Assembly (NCBI GenBank): GCA_944324455.1
Contig: CALUWJ010000008.1
Coordinates: 14,235-78,234, forward strand
Reading direction: 5' to 3'
Source of the DNA: Candidatus Gastranaerophilales bacterium
GTDB taxonomy: Bacteria; Cyanobacteriota; Vampirovibrionia; Gastranaerophilales; Gastranaerophilaceae
Length of the DNA: 64,000 bases
Shown: positions 1-9,040 of the stretch, in pieces
Position numbering within the stretch: the stretch's first letter is position 1
Layout of the letters: the number at the start of each line of letters is the position of its first letter
Translations under genes and position numbers: made by a program
Notes under the pieces: generated by a model
Databases searched by the model: none
Told to the model about the DNA's origin: nothing
What the model saw: only the letters and a program-made list of their open reading frames with translations

Positions 1-14
1 ATTCAGCTTAGAAA

Positions 15-1064
15 TTAAATATCCATTCCAAGATGTATATTTGAGGGATCGTCAAATTTGTCCAAAATATATTTAGGACAAGGTTTTGAATCACTTACCA
101 AAACATCTGTAGAATCTTGGGGATTAACCTTGACATACAAATCATAATATTTAGTACCATCCGGCATTAATACAAGATTTTTATAACACTCCTCCATAAT
201 CAAAAAATACGGAGAAGACAATGTACATACATCAATTTTTTTGATTCCATCTACGGTTCTTATACCTTTGCGATGTTCTACAATTTGCTCATTTCTACCA
301 AGGATAAATTCTTCATCAGCATCATATTCTTCACCGCGTAGAGTGTCTCTACCTATAATTATTCTTTGAAGTTTGGTTCTGTTACCGTAAAACCAATCAA
401 TTTTGCACTCATGGGTTAGCCTTCTAATCATAAACATTATTCTTGCGGCAAAAATTTCCGTTTGTAACCTCTTGCCATTAATCCAGGTATATCCTGTCAA
501 TTCAACTGCCTCATTACAGTTATAAAATTCAGCATAATGAACTTGAGCTTTTAAGCTGGACCATGCTCTAATTCTGGCAACATCAAACAAATATCTTTTT
601 AAATATTTATTACCTATTTTTAAATTCGATTTTGCCTCCCTGATTAAATCTGACTCATCTGATGTAGGCGCTCTATGAGTAAAAAAATTCTCCTGTTTAA
701 CATCGGTGACAACTTGGTAGGTTGTTTCATTTGCATTAGCATACAAATTTGCTTTTTTATTACAATTAGCACTAATGTAATTATCAGAATTATTCTCAGA
801 GCCGGCATTAGTATTTGCGCTATTATTATTAACGTTATTATTAGTATTATTATTGTTTGTATTTTTATATTTAGATCTTCTTTTTTTGCCGAATTCAATA
901 TTTAAGCTGTTAATTTTAAAAACTTCATGATTATAATCAGCCAAAATATCTTGATTATTGTTCAAATTTTGTGTTTGACCATTGATTTTATTTAATTTAT
1001 TTTTTGATATAAAATTGTTATTTACAGATGTAGTATTTTTAAAATTTAATGCGGAAACCTTCAA
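15..1064 (-). CDS. hypothetical protein with Asn-rich low-complexity N-terminal third
   Basis: Long ORF. TTG start at 1064 preceded by AAGGAGAG. N-terminal part is N/K/T-rich (NNNNTNNNVNNNSANTN). No recognisable catalytic motif. Confidence 0.5.
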   Translation of the reverse strand: MKVSALNFKNTTSVNNNFISKNKLNKINGQTQNLNNNQDILADYNHEVFKINSLNIEFGKKRRSKYKNTNNNNTNNNVNNNSANTNAGSENNSDNYISANCNKKANLYANANETTYQVVTDVKQENFFTHRAPTSDESDLIREAKSNLKIGNKYLKRYLFDVARIRAWSSLKAQVHYAEFYNCNEAVELTGYTWINGKRLQTEIFAARIMFMIRRLTHECKIDWFYGNRTKLQRIIIGRDTLRGEEYDADEEFILGRNEQIVEHRKGIRTVDGIKKIDVCTLSSPYFLIMEECYKNLVLMPDGTKYYDLYVKVNPQDSTDVLVSDSKPCPKYILDKFDDPSNIHLGMDI

Positions 1065-1105
1065 TTCATCTCTCCTTTGATGGCAACTAATATAACACTC
1101 AATAA

Positions 1106-1780
1106 CTATTGTATATCAAACAAAATATTTTGAAATACTTTTGTAACATTTTGCATAAATTGATTTTCCACTTTTGGAATTACGCCTAAAATTTTAACAT
1201 CAGAATACATATTTAATTCTTTAATAAAGTTTTCTTCACTCAAAGTCATTTTTTTTGGCATTTTGTTAATAATCAAGCCTTTAATTTTAATATTATTCAA
1301 TTTTGCACATTCAATCGTCATTAAAGTATGATTAATGCGCCCTAAAGAAGGTGTGGTTACAATTATTATTTCTTGATTTAATTCTTTTATAACATCGCTA
1401 AATAATTTATTTTTTACAGCAGGACAATATAAACCACCCGCCCCTTCAATTACAACAAAATCCTTATCTTTAGAAAAATTTATAAAATCATTTTTTACCT
1501 TATTAATATCAACATTCACATTTTCAATAATACTTGCTAAATGCGGAGAAACTTCACCCTTAAACAAATATGAATAACAAGCAGGTATTTCATTAGAATA
1601 TTTTTTAAGTTCATCTACATCAGGAGCAATTAATTTAGCATCTATTTCATAAGCGCCCGATTGAAAGGGTTTAAAATATCCGACTTTTAAACCGCTATTA
1701 TAAGCAGCTAAACACAAACCAATACTCACAAATGTTTTTCCGATATCAGTATCTACACCTGTAATAAAAATACTTTTCAT
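1106..1780 (-). CDS. bioD: dethiobiotin synthetase
   Basis: N-terminal P-loop ITGVDTDIGKT typical of BioD, about 224 aa, divergent from bioB. Confidence 0.85.
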   Translation of the reverse strand: MKSIFITGVDTDIGKTFVSIGLCLAAYNSGLKVGYFKPFQSGAYEIDAKLIAPDVDELKKYSNEIPACYSYLFKGEVSPHLASIIENVNVDINKVKNDFINFSKDKDFVVIEGAGGLYCPAVKNKLFSDVIKELNQEIIIVTTPSLGRINHTLMTIECAKLNNIKIKGLIINKMPKKMTLSEENFIKELNMYSDVKILGVIPKVENQFMQNVTKVFQNILFDIQ

Positions 1781-1834
1781 AACACATCCATTTCGTTTAT
1801 ATTATAATTATATAACAACAAAGGATTAAGGAAT

Positions 1835-2752
1835 ATGAAAACTAAAGAAGAATTATTAAAATACTATAATTTACCGCTAGATGAATTATTAAAAGAAGCA
1901 AAAAAATACACCTTTAAAGAATTTGAATTTTGTTCATTGATTTCAGCCAGAACAGGAAAATGTTCACAAAATTGTAAATATTGCGCTCAATCAACTCACT
2001 ATAACACAGATATTTATACTCATCCTTTAGTTGGTATAGATGAAGTAATTAAAACCGCAAAAGAATCAAAAGAAAACGGTGCAATTAATTTTGCAATAGT
2101 TACATCAGGAAAAACTCCCGATGAAGCTAAAGATTTTGATGAACTTTTAAAAATGATTAAAGAAATAAATAAACTTGGCTTAAAATCATGTGCAAGCATA
2201 GGAATTTTAAATCAGCAACAAGCTAAAAAATTAAAAGAAGCAGGGCTTAATCGTTTTCATCACAATATTAACACAGCAAAAAGCTACCATAGCGAAATTT
2301 GCACAACACACACATTTCAAGATAGACTTAATACTTGCAAATATGTAAAAGAGCAAGGAATAGAATTATGTTGCGGTGTTATAATAGGAATGGGTGAAAC
2401 AATAGAACAAAGAATTGAAATGGCTCTTGAATTAGCGCAAATTGCACCCGAAAGTATTCCTGTTAATATTTTAACTCCAATTAAGGGTACGCCTTTCGAA
2501 AATTATTACGATAAAATTGATGAAGAAAACATAATAAGAACAATAGCAATTTTTAAAATTGCAAACCCAAATTCATCAATTCGCCTTGCAGGAGGCAAAA
2601 AAGCAAGGCTCTCAGAAAAAAATATTGAGCTTTTAATTGAAAATTGTATAGATAGCGCAATTGTTGGGAATTATTTAACAACAACAGGTTTTAGTGCAGA
2701 AGAAGACAAGATAAAAGTTTTAAAAGCAAATAAAAAATTAAAAGGTCTGTAA
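1835..2752 (+). CDS. bioB: biotin synthase (radical SAM)
   Basis: CSQNCKYCAQ radical-SAM CxxxCxxC motif, 305 aa, adjacent to bioD. Confidence 0.9.
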   Translation: MKTKEELLKYYNLPLDELLKEAKKYTFKEFEFCSLISARTGKCSQNCKYCAQSTHYNTDIYTHPLVGIDEVIKTAKESKENGAINFAIVTSGKTPDEAKDFDELLKMIKEINKLGLKSCASIGILNQQQAKKLKEAGLNRFHHNINTAKSYHSEICTTHTFQDRLNTCKYVKEQGIELCCGVIIGMGETIEQRIEMALELAQIAPESIPVNILTPIKGTPFENYYDKIDEENIIRTIAIFKIANPNSSIRLAGGKKARLSEKNIELLIENCIDSAIVGNYLTTTGFSAEEDKIKVLKANKKLKGL

Positions 2753-2770
2753 TATTATAGACCTTTTAAT
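2740..2770. terminator. bidirectional hairpin between bioB and the convergent 957-aa gene
   Basis: aaaggtct / agaccttt 8-bp stem flanked by A-run and T-run; overlaps the bioB stop codon. Confidence 0.5.
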
Positions 2771-2787
2771 TACTTTAACAATTATTC

Positions 2788-5661
2788 TTATTGATAATTT
2801 TTTAATATTTCGTTTGCAAGTTCTTCACCGGTTTTACCTTGCATATAATCAGGATTAGCTTGTTGTGCAAAGCATAAGTCAGTTAGCGCATATACAACTT
2901 GGTCTGATAAACCTGCTTCATTGAACACTTTATTAAATGCATCATATATTTCTTGACTTCTTTCGTCATCCAAAATTGGCGTATCAGGATCTACTGTTGC
3001 ATTAATATTTTGTTGAGATTTCAAAATATTAACAATGTCATTTGCATCTTTTGCTTCACCTGATTCAAGAAGTTTTAATATTTCATCTGCTGAAAATTCT
3101 AAACCATTTTGAGCACAAGCTATCATTGCAGACCAAGCTTCTTTAGAATTAGCTCTTTGTGATTCAATTTTTTCTTGTTCTTCAGCATCAGCTTTTAATT
3201 GGTCAATTATATCTTGAGCTGTGATAGAATCACCATTGATTATATATAAGCCCTTTGCTTGTTCCATATTAATACTAAAGCCTTGTTGATCGGCAAGTTT
3301 TTCAACTTCTTGTTTCATAATTTGCCAGCTGTTTGCATTACTTAAAGAAGCTGCTTTATTTGCTGCTTGTCTCAAAGCTAAATTTTCATTGCTTTGTATT
3401 CTATCAAGTGTATTATTGAACATTTGTCTTGTTTCTTGAGCAAGTTCTCCAACATTATTAAGGACATTAACATCAGCCATTATATTATTATAACTTGCAG
3501 CTAAGTTATCATATTCAGCATAGTTTTTATTGATTGTTTCTTCAACTTCATCTTCTGATATATTAATTTCAAAGTTCTTGCCGTATGCATCAGAATAAAT
3601 TGCTTCCATAAATTCATTTGTATCATCTTTTCTTGATACATCATACTCTACGCCATTAGCAGTAAATGTAAAGCCATCATTAAATATTTCGGAATTATTT
3701 ATATCTGTTTTACCTGTTGAATTATTAACGTTATCTTCTAATCCATTTAAATCAATTTTGTCTATGCCAAAGCCCTTAGCACTTGTTAAGCCGTAAGCAA
3801 CATTTGTTGTTTCACCGCTTAAGAAACCGCCTGCTCTTTGTTCTGTTTGAGCATTATCAGTGTATTCGGTACTTATCAATTTAAGATTAGCTAATTCATC
3901 ACCCTCTAATACGCCGTTATTATCAGCATCAAGAGATTTTAAATCGTCTAACCATGTTGATGAAGTGCTGCCGCCGACAAAATCACTTGCGCCGCTAAAT
4001 GCTCCATCATTATCTCTATCTATAACAAATAAGAATTCTTTATCTTCACTTGTTTTAAATGATAACGGGTCTGTTCTTTGAATACTGTCAATTTTTCCTG
4101 AATCATCAGAGTCATTTCCGACTGAACCGCCCGGAGTTGTATCAGGGTCAATATATTCACCGTCATAAGAAGCAGTTACACCGGGTTTAACACCCCAAAT
4201 ATCATATATTTTTTGGCTTAAACCTTCAAACATTTGAGCAGTTTCACTATCACCTGCAAGTTCAATAGCATAATTTGCACCTTGATCTTGATTATCAAGA
4301 TCATATATTACACCTGTATTTTTAAATAAACCTTTATCTTTATCAAATAGCGCATACATGGCTTCTTTGAATGTAAATTTAGGTTCAGAATTGCCTAATT
4401 TATTTAAAATTTGCTCATAATTTTCAGCCAATGAAGCAAGTTGTTTATTAGAGCTTATTGTATTGCCTTGTTCAGAGTCCCAAGTATTAAGAGTGCCTTC
4501 AAATTGTGATTTTCCTGTTCCTTGATAATTATTAATAAAATCAACAATGGAAGCATAAATTGGTCTTGCACCGGCATTCATACCGTTTGGAACGCTTAAT
4601 TTTCCATTACTGTAATTAATTTGGGCATTTCCAAAATTTTCGCTCAAAAACTGAGCTGCTTGAGCTTGGCTCATATTTGAAGCTTTAATATCATCTAACA
4701 ACCCTGCATTAATTGCATTTCCTAATTGAACAACAGCATTATTGTTTGTTGTATTAGGATCAACCCCTGTTGTAAGTTCGGGTTTTAAATATTGAGCATA
4801 TTTTTCATTAATTGCTTGAATAGAATTTGCACTTACTGAAGAACTATTATTCTCACTGGCATTAACCGTTGCATCAGGATTAGCAGTTTCTTCTCCTGTA
4901 TAACTTGTATTGTTGCCGGGTTCAACATTCATTTTAGAATCAAATAATTCACCTACGATTTCTGTTTTTTCAAGAGAATAAATAGGAACATCAACCGTTG
5001 CATCAGTATTTGTGAAGCTTGTTGAAGTTGTTCCCATTTTTGATATACTTGAAACAATCATTTCATAAGCAGATTTAGTTGGACCGTATTGGCTTTCTAA
5101 AAGATTTTTTTGATCAATCCATTTTGCAGCCGTATCAACTAAATCTTGAACTTCAGATTGTTTGTTTTCAAGATTGGATAACAATTTTTCAATTTCTTTT
5201 GAACTTGAAGAAATATATGAATTATTTTGAATTCTTCTTTTGATTTCACCGGTTATAGCATCTTTTCCGATTGTACCTTTTTCATACATTGCAAATGTAT
5301 CATTAACAGCACTTTTAACAATTAAAGCTTGACGTTGCTCTAATGTATTTGATTTTCCTTGCACACTTGAAACAAGGCCTGTAATTGCATCAGATTGTTT
5401 TTTAATTTCTTCTTGGTTTTTTGCTAACTCTTCTTCTAAAACAGCCATTTTGGCTTCAAGCTTTTCAACCCTATCTTGCAAAGTAACTTGTTTTGCTTCA
5501 AGAGCTTTTCTTTGGCTATCAGTAATATCATTATCACACACAACAGTAAACACCTTTTTTAGAGCACTTTGTTGATCTGCTCTTTGTTGCGCATAGATGT
5601 TTTTCATCCATTCTTCATTCAAGACTGTTTTGTTTAAATTTTGAAGAAAATCATTTCCCAT
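2788..5661 (-). CDS. large hypothetical protein: coiled-coil N-terminus, internal EF-hand/dockerin-like Ca-binding pair, no signal peptide
   Basis: 957-aa ORF. Heptad-like KLEAKMAVLEEELAKNQEEIKK region. DRDNDGAFSGASDF and DADNNGVLEGDEL loops. Confidence 0.6.
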   Translation of the reverse strand: MGNDFLQNLNKTVLNEEWMKNIYAQQRADQQSALKKVFTVVCDNDITDSQRKALEAKQVTLQDRVEKLEAKMAVLEEELAKNQEEIKKQSDAITGLVSSVQGKSNTLEQRQALIVKSAVNDTFAMYEKGTIGKDAITGEIKRRIQNNSYISSSSKEIEKLLSNLENKQSEVQDLVDTAAKWIDQKNLLESQYGPTKSAYEMIVSSISKMGTTSTSFTNTDATVDVPIYSLEKTEIVGELFDSKMNVEPGNNTSYTGEETANPDATVNASENNSSSVSANSIQAINEKYAQYLKPELTTGVDPNTTNNNAVVQLGNAINAGLLDDIKASNMSQAQAAQFLSENFGNAQINYSNGKLSVPNGMNAGARPIYASIVDFINNYQGTGKSQFEGTLNTWDSEQGNTISSNKQLASLAENYEQILNKLGNSEPKFTFKEAMYALFDKDKGLFKNTGVIYDLDNQDQGANYAIELAGDSETAQMFEGLSQKIYDIWGVKPGVTASYDGEYIDPDTTPGGSVGNDSDDSGKIDSIQRTDPLSFKTSEDKEFLFVIDRDNDGAFSGASDFVGGSTSSTWLDDLKSLDADNNGVLEGDELANLKLISTEYTDNAQTEQRAGGFLSGETTNVAYGLTSAKGFGIDKIDLNGLEDNVNNSTGKTDINNSEIFNDGFTFTANGVEYDVSRKDDTNEFMEAIYSDAYGKNFEINISEDEVEETINKNYAEYDNLAASYNNIMADVNVLNNVGELAQETRQMFNNTLDRIQSNENLALRQAANKAASLSNANSWQIMKQEVEKLADQQGFSINMEQAKGLYIINGDSITAQDIIDQLKADAEEQEKIESQRANSKEAWSAMIACAQNGLEFSADEILKLLESGEAKDANDIVNILKSQQNINATVDPDTPILDDERSQEIYDAFNKVFNEAGLSDQVVYALTDLCFAQQANPDYMQGKTGEELANEILKNYQ

Positions 5662-5785
5662 ATCCTATTGTCCCTTTTCACTTAAATATAATATATGCCC
5701 TTTAGTTAACGACATAAAATTATTGGGACTTTAGAAAAAACAAAAAACGTTTTACAATTGTTAACAAATATAAAAAATAATATAA

Positions 5786-6649
5786 TTATTCCATATTAGT
5801 TTCATAGATTAAATTATATTCTTTAGCAGCTAATCTATTAATTTCATGGCGAATTTTCACTCCGTCGGGTGTTTTTAAAAATTCATCGATTGCTCTTAAA
5901 TTTTCATTCATTACTCTTAAGAATTTGTCGTATTTCTCTGGATGTATTTGTACTTGACGAAACATAAATTGTTTTAAATTCTCAATTATTTGTTCAGGCT
6001 CTTGGGTTGTATCTATTCCAAATGAGCTTAACTCATTAGCTACTTCATCATTATTTAATTCTGAATATGGCCTACATTTAACGTATTCAAGAAACTCTCT
6101 TGCCATATCCATAGCATCATCCATATCAACTTCGTATTTTATATTTAATTTATCAAGAACCATTCTTCCTAAAGTTTTTTCTAATTCCTGATAAACTTCT
6201 TTAGTTCTTTTATTTAATTTAAAAAGCTCTTTTTTAGTTAATTTTGAATACTTTCCATCATTTGTTATTGCTTCTTCGCTTATTGCATTTGTAGTCAAAA
6301 ACAAAGCAATATCATCAATAGAAAGAGGCCATTGCACAGGATGCCCGTGGCATAACATAGAATATGGAATAATAGAATCAGTGTCAACATCACAAGAATA
6401 ATCATCACCCACACGGTCATCTAATATTTCGCCATCAGGAGAAATTACAATTTGACGCTCAAAGCCAGTCTTATTTAGCTCATCAACAATTCTTTCCTTA
6501 GCTTCATTGTAAGCAATTTCCTTTTTATCTAAAGGCTTTTCAGTTCTTTCAAATGTATCACATTTCATTGGTTGAATATAAACTCGATCATTTAACATAT
6601 TGTCATTTCCAACTGGTACAAAGCCTTTAAAGCTGATTTTATCTATCAT
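5786..6649 (-). CDS. hypothetical protein with JAB/MPN-like HGHP..S..D motif
   Basis: 287-aa ORF, AGGAGA SD upstream of ATG. Motif CHGHPVQWPLSIDDI. Confidence 0.5.
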   Translation of the reverse strand: MIDKISFKGFVPVGNDNMLNDRVYIQPMKCDTFERTEKPLDKKEIAYNEAKERIVDELNKTGFERQIVISPDGEILDDRVGDDYSCDVDTDSIIPYSMLCHGHPVQWPLSIDDIALFLTTNAISEEAITNDGKYSKLTKKELFKLNKRTKEVYQELEKTLGRMVLDKLNIKYEVDMDDAMDMAREFLEYVKCRPYSELNNDEVANELSSFGIDTTQEPEQIIENLKQFMFRQVQIHPEKYDKFLRVMNENLRAIDEFLKTPDGVKIRHEINRLAAKEYNLIYETNME

Positions 6650-6752
6650 AATATTCTCCTATTGTTAAATTAATAAACTTTAAACATGTAAAAAATTGAT
6701 TAAATAAATACAATTGTTAAGAATTTGAAACATGGTTAATTTGCTTTATATA

Positions 6753-6784
6753 TAAAAAAATGTGCCTTATAAATATAAGACACA
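6753..6784 (-). terminator. rho-independent terminator after the 634-aa pilin-like gene
   Basis: Minus strand reads gtgtcttata-ttt-ataaggcac (one mismatch) followed by a T-run. Confidence 0.5.
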
Positions 6785-6846
6785 AATTCAAAACACAAAA
6801 AATAACATAAAAATTGATAATTGAATCGGTGGAAAATTATTTTATT

Positions 6847-8751
6847 TTACCACCAGGGATTTTGTAAATCTGGAGGCACTGTTTGGTTGTAAGGTTGACA
6901 CCAACCTGCTTCATCATAATATCCATCACATTCTAAGCATTCTCGGTCTTGGCCCCAAACGTTGCTGCTACATCTTACACATCCGTTTCCAAATTCAGAT
7001 TGGCAGCTAGTTATGCATGCTCCAAATTCCAATACATATCCAAGTGCGCATTTATTGCAGCGAGTACTGCTACAAGATACACATCCTTCGCCAAATTTAG
7101 AGCATGTATTTACACATTTTCCGCCACTTAATTGATATCCTGCTGCACATAAATTACAACGTACATTATCACAATTAACGCACTTTGCATCATATACCGA
7201 ACAGTCATATGTGCAAATTGTGCCATTTAATTTGTATCCACTAAGGCAAGATAAACAAGTTGAACTATTGCATGAAGTACACCCTGCTCCATATTTTGAG
7301 CAATTTGAACAAATTCCGTTATTAAGTATATAGCCGCTATTGCATGAACTACATGACGTTGCACTACAAGTAGAGCAATTAGCAAATAAACTACTGCAAG
7401 AAGTGCAAACCCCGTTTTTTAATACATACCCGCTTTTACAAGCAGTACATGCACTTGCCGTGCAATTAGTACAAGCTGAACCGAACTTAGCTGAGCATGT
7501 TGTACAACTGCCGCCACTTAAAATATAGCCGCTAGCACAGGCGCTGCAAGCACTTGCCGTGCAACTTGTACAACTTGAGCCGAATTTAGAAGCACAATCT
7601 ATTTCGCATTTGCCATTTTTTAATACATATCCGCTAGCGCATTTTAGACATTTATTGCCGTCACACATTTCACAACCTGCACTAATTTTATCAGCACATG
7701 ATGTAACTTCAGCTACACAGCGCACCGAAAAAGCGTCCGTACGGTAATTGTTACCCAGATACCAACTACCACTATTCAAGTGGTAATTGTAGGCGGTGGA
7801 TGAACCATTAACAGTACCACTCCACACGAGGTACGGGTAGCACCAACCATCGCCCGACCCTGGGCAACTGTTCGAATGTATACAATATGCGGACGAGTAA
7901 CCAGAATTGGCGTCACAAAGTTGCAGGCCGTTAACTCCTAATCCAACTGAATTTGCACCCCAATTAGACATTTCAGAGCTTGTAGCTAATCTCCAAGTTC
8001 TACCCCCAGCTGTGAAATTTTTACAAATATAATCAGCGGCATTCCAATCACATACTGTTCTATTGCAGCCGGAGTAGGCGCCACCATTAGCATTATCGCA
8101 ATTAGTTCCAGATGTAGCACCTTTCCAACAACATTTATTTGAACTGCCAGAGTTACATGTTTGATTAACATTAACAACATTAACTCCACTCGGAATAGTT
8201 AAACTTGTTCCATCACCTATATTTTTCTTTGTGATACAAAGATTTCCAATTTGTATAAAGTCTGGGCTTGAACAACTAAAAGATGAACATGGAGTGCTTG
8301 AAGTCGGATTAGTTAAAACATATCCATCAGCACATGCGCTACATTCACTTTCAGTACAACTAGCGCAATGAGAAAATTTAGATGAACAAGACTGACAATT
8401 TTCATCACTATCAAGATATTGACCACTCGGACAAGTTAAACATTTCTTTTCTGTGCATTTTTCGCAATCTTCGCCATATTTATCTTTGCATGGTAAACAT
8501 ATACAATTTTTAGTATCCATATATTCACCATCAGGACAAGAAATACCGCAATCAATACAACCGGCTGAAGTGCACAATGTACAGAAGTCACCGAATTTAT
8601 CAGTACAATCTGTTGTTAAATCGCCGGTGCCGCCTCCGCCAAAGACACCGGATGAAAATTTTTTAGTAATAAGAGGTGTAAAAGCAGCCGTAATACAGCT
8701 TATTACGATTAAACTTATTAATAACTCGACTAATGAAAATCCTTTTTTCAT
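6847..8751 (-). CDS. prepilin-signal protein with about 11 furin/VSP-like Cys repeats and an internal lectin-fold (DUF1566/FISUMP-like) module
   Basis: MKKGFSLVELLISLIV class III signal (G-1, F+1, E+5). Repeats C-x5-7-C-x2-C-x4-C-x2-C..GY.L....C. Module ends WRLATSSEM...AFSVRCV. AGGAGA SD. Confidence 0.8.
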   Translation of the reverse strand: MKKGFSLVELLISLIVISCITAAFTPLITKKFSSGVFGGGGTGDLTTDCTDKFGDFCTLCTSAGCIDCGISCPDGEYMDTKNCICLPCKDKYGEDCEKCTEKKCLTCPSGQYLDSDENCQSCSSKFSHCASCTESECSACADGYVLTNPTSSTPCSSFSCSSPDFIQIGNLCITKKNIGDGTSLTIPSGVNVVNVNQTCNSGSSNKCCWKGATSGTNCDNANGGAYSGCNRTVCDWNAADYICKNFTAGGRTWRLATSSEMSNWGANSVGLGVNGLQLCDANSGYSSAYCIHSNSCPGSGDGWCYPYLVWSGTVNGSSTAYNYHLNSGSWYLGNNYRTDAFSVRCVAEVTSCADKISAGCEMCDGNKCLKCASGYVLKNGKCEIDCASKFGSSCTSCTASACSACASGYILSGGSCTTCSAKFGSACTNCTASACTACKSGYVLKNGVCTSCSSLFANCSTCSATSCSSCNSGYILNNGICSNCSKYGAGCTSCNSSTCLSCLSGYKLNGTICTYDCSVYDAKCVNCDNVRCNLCAAGYQLSGGKCVNTCSKFGEGCVSCSSTRCNKCALGYVLEFGACITSCQSEFGNGCVRCSSNVWGQDRECLECDGYYDEAGWCQPYNQTVPPDLQNPWW

Positions 8752-8861
8752 GTTTTCTCCTAAAAAGTTCTATATTTTTTTTGGTTTGAGAAATTATTTC
8801 AATCTCTCTATACTTGTTGATATTTGTTCACTTTTCTTCTTTTTCTTATGATATTTATTCT

Positions 8862-9040
8862 TTTCCCGCCTGTGGGTATTTCGGCTCTGTTTGGCTAAAG
8901 TCGCCAAACAGCCTCAATTATCCTACGGCGGCATTATAATGCTTAACTCACTTTCTCAACGAAAGCTCGTTTGCGCACCGGCTTACGCTTTCTTCCGCCT
9001 GCCTCATAATTATTGGGCTTGCGCCCAAGTTATATATTTT
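8862..9040. ncRNA. candidate structured RNA (strand unresolved) between the two pilin-like genes
   Basis: About 50% GC island in AT-rich DNA, non-coding in all frames. Hairpin 8883-8913 (9 bp + 2-nt bulge + 2 bp). Enclosing helix 8866-8876/8922-8931. Hairpin 9013-9028 (ttgggc/gcccaa) followed by a T-rich tail on the plus strand. Confidence 0.3.

Noticed and set aside
7745-9040. A complete diversity-generating retroelement (variable region in the lectin module plus template repeat in the GC-rich intergenic block).
   Set aside because: The intergenic block 8862-9040 shows no similarity to the patch or to the 3' end of either paralog, and no reverse transcriptase or Avd-like gene occurs anywhere in the window. 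Only the weaker idea that the patch could be a VR with a distant TR is kept as a finding.
8862-9040. Assigning the intergenic element to a known class: c-di-GMP-I/II riboswitch, ZTP, glycine, 6S RNA, SRP RNA, RNase P fragment, tmRNA, or group II intron domain V.
   Set aside because: I compared it by eye with the consensus features I remember for each class. There were only short coincidental matches (GCGCAAAC; CCGCCUG). The size and loop/bulge positions do not fit. It cannot be named without a covariance-model search.
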